DNA from: a virus
Lineage: Duplodnaviria > Caudoviricetes
Length of the DNA stretch: 64,000 nt
Direction: 5' to 3' (one strand)
IMG/VR virus record: IMGVR_UViG_2892966740_000006
Location: 22,938 to 86,937 of that record
The notes beneath the pieces were generated by a model. That model was not told where the DNA came from. It ran no database searches and saw only the letters and a list, made by a program, of their open reading frames with translations. The position numbers and the translations under genes are program-made. Positions within the stretch are counted from its first letter, which is position 1. The number at the start of each line of letters is the position of its first letter. Shown here piece after piece: positions 21,019 to 30,002 of this stretch.

Positions 21019-21486
21019 TTACTGCGAGGCGGAGGAATCGGCGCCCGACTGGCTGTGTTTGTTGCCACGGGCGCGGATGGCGGTGGCGCAGTCGTTGGCA
21101 CTTTGCCAGCCATCACGGCTAATGTCCCATTGCACACGCTCCATTTCACACACCCCCGCACACGCCTCGCGCTCGGCTTCTACTGCCAGACGCACTTCGT
21201 CCGGCGCGGCCACCGGCTGGGTGCTGGCGGGCTGCTGCGACTCGCCGTGATCTGCTGCACTGAACAGCGCGCCGCAGTCCATACACAGATAGCCGCTTTG
21301 CACCACTTGGTTGCGCGCGTCGGCAATGCGGTGCTGGCACACCGGCTGTGCTGCCTCGGCAGCGGCGATGGCTTCAACAGCCAAGTCATAAGCCGCACCT
21401 TGTAAGTGGAAATCGGTAGAGTTACCAAATCCGGCACGATAATAAGCTTTCAGCGCGAGGTAAAGCTTCGTTTCCAGTTCAGTCAT
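21019..21486 (-). CDS. Phage hypothetical protein
   Basis: ORF tiled in operon; AEREACA motif. Confidence 0.65.
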   Translation of the reverse strand: MTELETKLYLALKAYYRAGFGNSTDFHLQGAAYDLAVEAIAAAEAAQPVCQHRIADARNQVVQSGYLCMDCGALFSAADHGESQQPASTQPVAAPDEVRLAVEAEREACAGVCEMERVQWDISRDGWQSANDCATAIRARGNKHSQSGADSSASQ

Positions 21487-21694
21487 GGCTGGTTCCTTTG
21501 CATTCGCACGGCTTTATTGCAACCTCCCAAGTCCCTGCAAACTGCGGATAGATAGTGCATCCATCAAAAAGCCATTTCCCTAATATCTTCCCTATGTCCT
21601 TGTTATTTGTTCGACGTACATCCAATGCACCGATGATTCTGCCGCACTGGCATATTGCAATAAACCCTGTTGGCTTTCGCTTAGTCATGCTCAC
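21479..21694 (-). CDS. Small Cys-rich hypothetical protein
   Basis: CQC...CEC; overlapping start/stop. Confidence 0.6.
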   Translation of the reverse strand: MSMTKRKPTGFIAICQCGRIIGALDVRRTNNKDIGKILGKWLFDGCTIYPQFAGTWEVAIKPCECKGTSHD

Positions 21695-22190
21695 CCCCTT
21701 TCGGCTTCATAAAGACGTACCAATGCGTAAGGCCCTTGCGCCCAGTCGGATGTCCAAACAGTGGCTGAACAGGGGTAAGAGTCAACAGTTCGCTAATCTT
21801 TACCTGTGTTTCATTCCACTTAAAAACAAGTACGCCATCATCGTCCAGAACACGGAAGCACTCCTCAAAACCTCGGCGGATATCCTCGCGCCAGTCTTTC
21901 CCTAGCTTCCCATACTTCGCAGCAAGCCAGCTTTTTGGCCCGGCGCGTACAAGATGCGGTGGGTCAAATGAAACAAGCTTGAATGACTTGTCTGGGTAAG
22001 GCATATCACGGAAGTCCATCATCACATCAGGCTCAATGTGGAGTGTGCGCTGTCCAGTAGGATTTCCATGTGAATGATCGGTAACGGTAATGGATTCACT
22101 ACGGCGGTCACCAAAAACAACATCAGGATTCTTTCGATCAAACCAGAACATTCGACTGCCGCAGCATGGGTCAAGGACACGCTTATTCAC
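21681..22190 (-). CDS. Phage SAM-dependent DNA methyltransferase-like protein
   Basis: LDPCCGSRMFW, FDPPH, VFKWNE. Confidence 0.85.
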   Translation of the reverse strand: MNKRVLDPCCGSRMFWFDRKNPDVVFGDRRSESITVTDHSHGNPTGQRTLHIEPDVMMDFRDMPYPDKSFKLVSFDPPHLVRAGPKSWLAAKYGKLGKDWREDIRRGFEECFRVLDDDGVLVFKWNETQVKISELLTLTPVQPLFGHPTGRKGLTHWYVFMKPKGGEHD

Positions 22191-22795
22191 ATCTCACCCC
22201 CTTTCGGCTGAGGGGCGGCGGGTAGCGGCATCCAGTATGTCGGCTTAGTCAGCCAACATTGATTAGATTCGACAGATGTTTCATACCACCAAGCTGCGAA
22301 CAGATCGCCATCTTCCCAGTTGTCGTCGATGTATTCCTTTGTGAACCACTGGCCGCGCATAGGGCGCCAGTTCCCGTGACTGTTGAAGTAGCCAAGAAGA
22401 ACGGTTCGTCCATCTTTCGGCGCAGTGCTGATATCGCGCCACCCATCCGGAACCTGCGCGGTCGGGGCGTCGAAATCGCCATTCAGCACGGACAGGCCGA
22501 AATTCGTGTGCTCGTAGATATTGGCGGTGACGCGCCGCACCAGACCGATTTCAGCCGGGCGCTTCATCATGTCCTTCGGCACGTCGTAGCCTTCACCATC
22601 CGTTACGCATTCGTGGAAGCGGCGAAGAGCCTTCATTTCATCGGGAATGATTGCGAACGGCAGCGCCACCGCCTCACCGGCAGGCTTGGCGCGGGATGAT
22701 TGCCATGCAATTAAGGCATCTCCCTTGGTGCCAGTGGTAATTTTCTGGCCTTCGCTATTCCACCACTCCTCAAACTCCTCGCGCATCTTGTCCAT
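22187..22795 (-). CDS. DUF551-domain protein
   Basis: WRDISTAPKDG...PTYWMPLPAAP. Confidence 0.8.
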   Translation of the reverse strand: MDKMREEFEEWWNSEGQKITTGTKGDALIAWQSSRAKPAGEAVALPFAIIPDEMKALRRFHECVTDGEGYDVPKDMMKRPAEIGLVRRVTANIYEHTNFGLSVLNGDFDAPTAQVPDGWRDISTAPKDGRTVLLGYFNSHGNWRPMRGQWFTKEYIDDNWEDGDLFAAWWYETSVESNQCWLTKPTYWMPLPAAPQPKGGEM

Positions 22796-22999
22796 ATCGA
22801 ACTCCAAAAAAAATGAGGCCGCTCGGGCCTCGTTATTCCTTATCCTGGTATCGCTGACCGCACTGGTCTGAGCAGAACTCGTCAAAGTGATGCCGCACCC
22901 TATGACGCCCGGTGATCGGGTCACGGTCCTGCTGTACGACTTCGTGGATGACGCGATCCTCTATCGGCTTTCCGCAGTGCGGGCAGCGTGGGAGTGTGT

Positions 23000-23266
23000 T
23001 CACGCCACCTCCCGTACCATCTGGATGACGTTTTCGCGGCTCTCAGCAGGCAAGCGGCTTGCAGCCAGCGCAACTTCCAGTTCGCGGATGCGTGCGTCTG
23101 CCGCAGCAAGCTGGCGCTCTGCGATTTCGGTACGCTCGGCCTCGGCGGCCAGTGCGATGTTCTGGCGGCCAAGGTCCATGATGTTTTCGTTGAGCTGTTT
23201 GATCTGCGATTGTTGCCTGAGGATGATCTCAGCAGCTTGCAGTCTGATAATGGTTATTTGGTCCAT
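23000..23266 (-). CDS. Coiled-coil hypothetical protein
   Basis: RBS GAGG; heptad pattern. Confidence 0.6.
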   Translation of the reverse strand: MDQITIIRLQAAEIILRQQSQIKQLNENIMDLGRQNIALAAEAERTEIAERQLAAADARIRELEVALAASRLPAESRENVIQMVREVA

Positions 23267-23402
23267 GGCGTTTCCTCAAATAAGGCTGGGCTGCTCCAGC
23301 ACGCCCAGCGGCGCGAGGTCTGATGCCTCGGCCACGATTGTTGTGTGTATGACGGCATCGACCAGAACCATCGAGACACCATCCCGCTCGTGATAGCCAC
23401 CA

Positions 23403-23540
23403 TTACGGCCGGCGGACTACGGTTTGCCCGGCATATAACTTCCAGTCGCCCTCCCCGTTCACGGTGAAAGCGGTGTCCATCGGAATGCGCCGGGCATCAC
23501 GCTTGGCAGCGGCCAAATGCTCTATGGTTCCGTGTTCCAT
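23403..23540 (-). CDS. Small hypothetical protein directly downstream of structured RNA copy 2
   Basis: RBS AAGGAG; MEHGTIEHL... Confidence 0.55.
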   Translation of the reverse strand: MEHGTIEHLAAAKRDARRIPMDTAFTVNGEGDWKLYAGQTVVRRP

Positions 23541-23551
23541 GCCCTCTCCTT

Positions 23552-23644
23552 CCGCCGCCAGTGTTGAGCGCCCTCTACCGGCTTTATCAGAGGACGGCAC
23601 CCAAGCGAGTTGATCGGGGTGAAGGCGCTCAGGACTGGCGGCGG
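23552..23644 (-). ncRNA. Conserved three-way-junction structured RNA, copy 2
   Basis: CCGCCGCCAGT..TGAGCGCC closing stem; same core as 7872-7963. Confidence 0.7.
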
Positions 23645-23697
23645 GGCAAAGAAAAAGCCCGCGGGTGGCGGGCTTGTCATACTTCAATAACGGGTGA

Positions 23698-24178
23698 TCA
23701 CATCACCAGCACGCTGAAGCGCGATTGCAGGCCGATTGGGGAGAACGGGATGTCGTCATCAAGATCGTCCATCTTCTTCGGCGCTGGATCTGGCTGACGT
23801 CGAGGCGGCGCAGCCGGGGCGCTGTGCTGCTCACCTGCCCCATCACGCCCACCCAACATTTGCATACGGTCGCCGCGAATCTCCGTGCTGTAACGGTCCT
23901 GGCCGGTTTCTTTGTCCTGCCATTTGCGCGTACGGATCGAACCTTCCACGTACACTTGCGAGCCTTTTTTCAGGTATTGGGCTGCAACTTCGGCTGTTTT
24001 GCCAAAGAACACGACACGGTGCCATTCGGTCAGCTCTTCACGCTGGCCGGTTTGCTTGTTGTTGTACGTGTCGGTGGTGGCCACGGACAGTGTGGCAATG
24101 GCGTCGCCTAAGCATGTAACGCGTTTCAGGATCGCGGCCAAGGTTGCCGACGAGGATCACTTTGTTGACTGATGCCAT
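23698..24178 (-). CDS. ssb: Single-stranded DNA-binding protein (frameshifted)
   Basis: [39 protein letters not shown]. Confidence 0.92.
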
Positions 24179-24827
24179 CAGGCTGCTTCCTTTTCGTCAT
24201 CCGGTATTGCCTGCAAAAAACAGGCTTTTAAGTTTTCGTAAGCCGTTTGTAATCGTTGCTTTTCGCTTTCCCCACAACGCTTCCAAGCTCCGCCAAAAAT
24301 CCCTTGCAGGCTTGCAAGGTCAGCACATCCTTGCATTGCCTCGATCGCCATATCGACTTCTTCGGCCTGCATGGCCGCGTTATCTTTTTCCTCTTTTTCA
24401 GCAAACTCTTTCTTCAAAGAGGTTACGTACTTGTTGTCATCGAATAGCCCCATGAACACATCAGCACTAAACCCAATGTGAGAAAGCCCCTTTGTCAGCG
24501 CGTCAGTTGTCGCCTTCTTAGCCGCATCGTCATCAAGCTTTCCTTTGGCGTTAAGAATTTCGGCAAGGCCGCGCCGGGACCAAAACAGTTACTGCGATCG
24601 CCATGCCATACAATCACATCAGCAGCAGCAAGAACGATGCTTCCTGCTGTGACAGTTGAATGCTCTACTGTGTATCCCCATCCCTGCCCCACAGGCCCGA
24701 ATGTTTCCGTTGCCCGCATCACTTGGTAGTGCGCATCGATGGCGGTGAATTTACGGCCAAGACTTACATCTTTTGTGTGTCTTGGGTCTGTCTTGCTTAC
24801 TTTGTTCCAAAGGTCCATGTTTGACAT
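24178..24827 (-). CDS. Rad52/Sak-like annealing protein (frameshifted)
   Basis: TAIDAHYQVMRATETFGPVGQGWG...ADVFMGLFDD. Confidence 0.7.
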
Positions 24828-25011
24828 GTTGATCCCCTAAAACGGCAACACCTGCACGCGGGCAGGTGTTGGTTGATCTCTTCGGCACAGCATATTGCTG
24901 GCGAGTAGCTGTGACATTGTCTCGCATGGCCTAAGCGGGTCTTTCCTTGACCGCGCCCAGCGCCATGCATCGGCCCATTGTTTACGGTTCATGGCAATTA
25001 TCATGGTCATC

Positions 25012-25527
25012 TCAGCGCCAAGTTATGGCGCACCTCGATGTGCGCACCGGTATTTGCTGGCCGTCTTTCAGCAGCTTCTTGACGTCAGCTTTGCGCACGG
25101 CCCAGCTGGCTGGGACGTACTCTTTTGCCGTGTTCGGGATAAGGCTTTCGTCGTCGATGATGACGGCCTCGCTCTTGCGTAGCCCCATGGCGATTTCGCT
25201 ATCCTTTGGCGTGATGGCGCGCTCCAGCATCACCTTGACGGCCAGTGACGCCAGATTGTCTTTGCCTCCTTCTAGCGCCTTCTTGCGGGCTTGCAGTGAC
25301 TTGATGCGCTCGTCCAAAGCTGCCGCCTCGGCCTCTTTGTTCTTGATCACCTTGGCGTAGTTGAGCAGCTTGGTTTCAATGTCCCCAGACTCGCCTTCCA
25401 GTGTGTCCAGATAGATTTGCTTTGCTTGCTCCTCTGTCAGCTTCCCTTCTGCTACATCAGCAGCAAGACTGGCCGACAGGCTGGCTTCCATCTCAGCAAA
25501 GGCTCTGTTCAGTTCAAAAAGGTTCAT
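25012..25527 (-). CDS. Siphovirus Gp157 family protein
   Basis: MNLFEL...IKNKEAE...KADVKKLLKDG. Confidence 0.8.
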   Translation of the reverse strand: MNLFELNRAFAEMEASLSASLAADVAEGKLTEEQAKQIYLDTLEGESGDIETKLLNYAKVIKNKEAEAAALDERIKSLQARKKALEGGKDNLASLAVKVMLERAITPKDSEIAMGLRKSEAVIIDDESLIPNTAKEYVPASWAVRKADVKKLLKDGQQIPVRTSRCAITWR

Positions 25528-25754
25528 GATTCACTCCATGAAAAAGGCCGCACTAGGCGGCCAGTCTTGGTTTCTGTTTCAGACACTCGAACAGGATGTC
25601 TTCGATGGTTGATCTTTCGCGCTCGCGCTCGACGGCGTCTTTCCGTCGTCCGGGCGCTTTCGGCAGCCCGGAAAACAAGCATCCGGTGGTGCTTATCACG
25701 CGTCTGCGCCACGGCATTGCTGAGGGTCATTTCGGCAGGAATCATTTGCGGGCC

Positions 25755-26066
25755 TCAATCAATGGTTTCTGTCTTTGTCTCGCAAGTTCGTGTCTTTCCA
25801 GCCTGTCGGCATTCTTCCCAGCTACTCTCAGTGCTTGTCTTGCTGTTATTGCAGCGAGTGAAATAGTGGTAACGATCTCCAGATTTGAAGGTATAAACCT
25901 TGCACCCATCAGCCTCGCGGATTACGTGAGGCGTTTTCTCTCGGCGCTCACTTTCTGCCTGTTCTCTCTGATCGCGCTTGTACCACTCTGAGTTTTGGCA
26001 GGACGAAACCCCAAACAAAATCCCGGCAAAAACAGCAATTAATACAACTAAGTCTTTCCAGCTCAT
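25755..26066 (-). CDS. Membrane/lipoprotein (DUF4884-like)
   Basis: Hydrophobic N-terminus, SSC; DGCKVYTF...YFTRC. Confidence 0.6.
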   Translation of the reverse strand: MSWKDLVVLIAVFAGILFGVSSCQNSEWYKRDQREQAESERREKTPHVIREADGCKVYTFKSGDRYHYFTRCNNSKTSTESSWEECRQAGKTRTCETKTETID

Positions 26067-26353
26067 GCCGCCTTCCTTTGCATCATGCACTTCGCGTAGT
26101 CTTCTGCCGCCACTTCAACAATCGCGTCCAATGCCTTCTTGGCTAGGCAATCAGGTCCAGCGCTGACAAGTGCGAGAAAGTCTTCGAGCATGGGGCCGAT
26201 TTCCTGTGTCCTACCAATCACATCCCCATAGTCGATTCCATCGCTCATGTATGAGCGTTTCAGCCTCTCGAATTCGGCCTTCTTGTCGGCGTCACGATCC
26301 AGCTCCTGCAGGTGCCTAAAAAGGTCATTCATCACTGCGCACGGGGCGTTCAC
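26063..26353 (-). CDS. Phage hypothetical protein
   Basis: ORF tiled in operon. Confidence 0.6.
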   Translation of the reverse strand: MNAPCAVMNDLFRHLQELDRDADKKAEFERLKRSYMSDGIDYGDVIGRTQEIGPMLEDFLALVSAGPDCLAKKALDAIVEVAAEDYAKCMMQRKAA

Positions 26354-26840
26354 CGCCGCACCTCATGCACAGGAAGGCCGTTGCGGCCGAAGTAGCGAAA
26401 GCGCAAGCGCAGCCCTTGCTCGCGGAGTTGGCTGGCCATTTCATCCGTCACCCAGCCGATGATTTCGGTAAGAGTCATGGTGTATTCCCCAAAAAAGAAC
26501 CCCGCACATGGCGGGGCTAGGTTCAATCACAAGGGAAAGCCGGTGAGGCTTCTGGCCGTCCGGGTTTACGTAGACCGAGGAGATGGATAGTGACCAGTCG
26601 CCTCAACGGTTTCCCCTCAAAAAGATGGGCGACCCGAAAGCCGCCCCAAGTCAACGCTCGTTACAAAGGAGAGTCGATGGTTACCCATCATCAAGCGCAC
26701 TCCGGCTACTGGACTGTGGCGTCCCACTGGTCGCTTGCTCACGAAATGTGCTTGAGGATGGGGGCTGGCCTTTAACCTCGCCAGCGCGGAGGCCGTGGTA
26801 AACTCAATTTCCACATGTCATCAACCACGGAGATGCCTTT

Positions 26841-26975
26841 ATGCAAAAATTTTCCGATAACACACGCGGGCACGTTCCGCGTACCCCTCCTCCGCCCCCT
26901 CCTAACTCTTCGGGATTTGCGAAGGATCATGCGCCGAGAATGCCGCCACCACCGCCGCCACCGGCAAAAAAGTGA
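26841..26975 (+). CDS. 44-aa polyproline microprotein (not in ORF track)
   Basis: RBS GGAG; MQKFSDNTRGHVPRTPPPPPPNSSGFAKDHAPRMPPPPPPPAKK. Confidence 0.65.
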   Translation: MQKFSDNTRGHVPRTPPPPPPNSSGFAKDHAPRMPPPPPPPAKK

Positions 26976-26983
26976 GGTAGTAA

Positions 26984-27461
26984 ATGGATCGTCACGAAGT
27001 TGAATTCCAGCTTGATTACTCAATCATCATTGAGGAAATGCAGCTAATCCTTATGGGAAGAGCTGATCGATTCCTGACGTTTTTCCAGTTTTTACTGGGG
27101 AGTGCGGCAGCTGGTGATATTTTTTCAATCAAGTTTATTGGTTTTGTTGTGGCGATCTGTGCTGCATTGCAGTTTGTTTACCAACCAGCTTCAAAAGCGA
27201 TGGAGGCCAAAATCCAGCGCGATCGATATTTGTTACTGAAAAAACAATCGGTAGAGATGAGCACTGAGCAATTGGATTTAGCATTAAAGGATGTCTTGCC
27301 TATTGATTCAATTATCCCTAATGCGCTCTGCCATCCTGCTTGGCTGGCTACCTGCTTACAACAGGGAAGGCCAATTGAAGATCATGTAAAAAAGATGACA
27401 TGGATGGAGTCTTTCCTTTCCGGCTTGCAAGCAGGAGACCCGTTCTGGATAGAACCTCATA
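26984..27461 (+). CDS. Two-TM membrane protein (SLATT-like architecture); 3' end approximate
   Basis: RBS GAGG; two TM helices then helical tail; lower GC. Confidence 0.7.
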
Positions 27462-27805
27462 ACTCTATTGCGTTAATCAGTGGTGGAGCTCCCGGAAGGG
27501 CTTCCGGTACTGTTTTCTCTCCTCCGCACATGACGACCGAGAGCGGGTCGTTGAAGTCTATCCGCCTGATGGCGGCCAGCGGTGCGGTACGCTGGTCATC
27601 GCAAACCAACACAGCTGCACGCTCCCACACTGAAATACAGACAAATACAAGGAAGAAAAACGGAGCGTGCATGTGTGTTGGTGCTGCATCCCGCCATTCC
27701 GTGCAGCGGCTGTCACTATTTCCCGGCCCTTACAGGTCGGTGCCGTGGCGAGTCGGCGTTGGGTTATGCTGGTCTTTAAAGACGCCAGCGCGGTCTCATC
27801 GGCAG

Positions 27806-28111
27806 TTAAGTCCGCCGCTCGCCTTGGTGCTCAGTTGGCGCATCCAGCTTCGCGGCTTTTTCGTAGAGCCGCATCATTCTGCGCATCAGTTTTTTGTAGT
27901 AATCGTCTTGGTGGTACTTGCAGACGTCACCCGGATAAATCATGAAACCGTTTTCGTACTCAGGGTGGCTGCACTCGCACTTCCCGCGAAGCTTCGATTT
28001 GATCTCTGCTTTGCACGCAGACTCAAAGCTAAACCATCGTCGCCCACCGCCGCGCCAAACAACGGCTACTTCTTTTCTTGGCAGCATGTTGGCCTCCTCG
28101 TTAAACATCAA
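27806..28111 (-). CDS. Hypothetical protein, first gene of pL operon
   Basis: RBS GAGGAGG; Cys/His motif. Confidence 0.6.
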   Translation of the reverse strand: MMFNEEANMLPRKEVAVVWRGGGRRWFSFESACKAEIKSKLRGKCECSHPEYENGFMIYPGDVCKYHQDDYYKKLMRRMMRLYEKAAKLDAPTEHQGERRT

Positions 28112-28361
28112 AACCCCCTGTCACGAAGCTTTGATGCTGGCCCTGTTGCCAAGGCCTCCCAGCCCCTCCGCTCGTCATCTGGAGTTAAGGGCCTTCCCAT
28201 CGGTGCGCTTACGTTCCACGCGCATTGACCACCGCTCATGGGGCTTCTGGGGCTGGGTGTGCAGTCTTGCGCCCGTCTGCCTGACGGTACGCCCCGGACT
28301 GGGCGGGTGCTTCTACTGGGTTGTTTGAGATCGGTGCCCGGTGTGCTGGGCTGATGGAGTG

Positions 28362-28402
28362 AATATACACAAACGTGTTTCTTGGTGTCAACACATTTGT
28401 GT
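28362..28402 (-). promoter_or_regulatory. pL/oL
   Basis: TTGACA-N18-TATATT; operators ACACAAACGTGT and ACACATTTGTGT match oR sites. Confidence 0.75.
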
Positions 28403-28600
28403 TATCAGGATGTGTTTTTTGTGTCATGGAGATACAGCTACGTGTAGGTTGGTGTTGTATGGACGCAAAAAAGCCCGCGAACGCGGGCTGGATGGTGCGA
28501 GCCTGCCGCACCGGTTTTTACCCGAATGGTTAGATCCCGTCCGGAGTGTAGTTGGTGTGCAGCCTAGCTGCTGTCGGAGCAAGCCTATCTATGGATAGTC

Positions 28601-29161
28601 TCAATCTTGCAGTTTAACTAACTTGCCGTTTCGGTATCGGTATAAGACCCCGTAGCCTTGCGTTCCAATGGGAATAAAAACTTCACCGGACCGGAAAAAG
28701 ACCTTGTCTTGCCCGGTATCTGACATTAGACGAACCCATTTACCATTACGAAGGGAAAATACTTCAACTACCGATTTAAAGTGCTCGGTATCGCAATGCA
28801 CAACAGCTACTTGTTTTTTTCCGTCCGTTCCAAGTGAAATCTGGGCCACTTCAATTTGAGAACCATGAATGCTCTCTAAGTTATCCAAGCTTACCGGAAG
28901 TGCTTTTATTGGCAATTGGTAAGCAACGTTTGCGCCATCTCTTGCTGTGAAATAACCGATTTCACCACGGGCGCGCGGAATTATATCGACGTCATACAAA
29001 TCGCCATCTTGCTTGAATTTTATCTTCAGTTCTTTAAATGTTCCATCACGGTCAAGTTTAGTAATCTTGGTGGGGACACTGGGATCAATGCAGCGAGGAG
29101 CAGCAGCGGCTATCGTAGAGGCCACGGAAAGAGTGATAGCTGCGATATGAAGTAATTTCAT
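28601..29161 (-). CDS. Secreted hypothetical protein (moron)
   Basis: Signal peptide; low GC. Confidence 0.7.
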   Translation of the reverse strand: MKLLHIAAITLSVASTIAAAAPRCIDPSVPTKITKLDRDGTFKELKIKFKQDGDLYDVDIIPRARGEIGYFTARDGANVAYQLPIKALPVSLDNLESIHGSQIEVAQISLGTDGKKQVAVVHCDTEHFKSVVEVFSLRNGKWVRLMSDTGQDKVFFRSGEVFIPIGTQGYGVLYRYRNGKLVKLQD

Positions 29162-29352
29162 GAGATGTCCAGTTGGCAGTTAGCTTATCAGGGCAATTCA
29201 TTCGCTACCATCCATGGAACCCATGATTGGTAATTGGATGGGCAGCGGAAATGATGGATGACTACGAGCCATTCTATCAGTCATTTTCATGCATTTGCCA
29301 TAGGTCATGATGGTCATAATGCAAAAAAACCCGCCGAGGCGGGTTAGTGCAA

Positions 29353-29445
29353 TCAACGCAGCATGTGCGCAATCAATAAAACAATTTGTGTTTCGTACAT
29401 CAGGCCAAAGAAAAATCCAGACAGCAACGTTAGTATATCGTTCAT
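29353..29445 (-). CDS. 30-aa hydrophobic peptide (not in ORF track)
   Basis: RBS GAGGT; MNDILTLLSGFFFGLMYETQIVLLIAHMLR; terminator 29323-29345. Confidence 0.55.
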   Translation of the reverse strand: MNDILTLLSGFFFGLMYETQIVLLIAHMLR

Positions 29446-29653
29446 GCTCTTACCTCTTAAATTAGCGCGCCACTAGGATTGGGCGCGTACCCCCAATTTT
29501 CAGGCCATAACATGAGGAGCATGCAGCTAACAAAGTGGGGTAACTCTGCCTATTTCCAACTTTTTTCAATTTTTTTGCTAGTTAACGACTAGACTTGCTT
29601 GCTTAGACCAAGAAAAAACCCGCTGAAGCGGGTTCATCAGCCATAGGGATGAA

Positions 29654-29842
29654 TCAGGCAGTGGTGTTGATGCGGTTACCGACTGTAGCCGAAATCGGGC
29701 GCGATTGACGCTCAACTTCGCCTCGTTTGCTGTTGTCGTTGTCCCCATCGCTATCAGTGGCTACTCGATTCGCCTGACCTGCCGTTCTGCTGACAGCCTG
29801 CTGGCTTTGATAAGACATACTGCTGCTTACGCTTGAAATCAT
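29654..29842 (-). CDS. 62-aa Ser-rich protein with DxDGDND motif
   Basis: RBS GAGG; terminator 29613-29634. Confidence 0.7.
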   Translation of the reverse strand: MISSVSSSMSYQSQQAVSRTAGQANRVATDSDGDNDNSKRGEVERQSRPISATVGNRINTTA

Positions 29843-30002
29843 GGTTTTATCCTCTTAGGGGGTAGAGTCCCCATTTGTCACTATATCTACGCCAGATTAA
29901 AGGCACCTTAAGCCTCAGTCGGGGTTGGCAATGATGCAGGAGATCAGGATATGGTGGGGCAGGCATGAAGTGCAGACAATAAAAAACCCGCCTCGGCGGG
30001 TC

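Noticed and set aside
23698-23745. SSB extension after DDDIPF as a novelty
   Set aside because: Similar short extensions occur in other phage SSBs.
27461-28228. C-terminal ~255 aa of the 414-aa ORF 26984-28228
   Set aside because: Runs through hairpin-rich DNA and antisense to 27806-28111; likely read-through after an indel.
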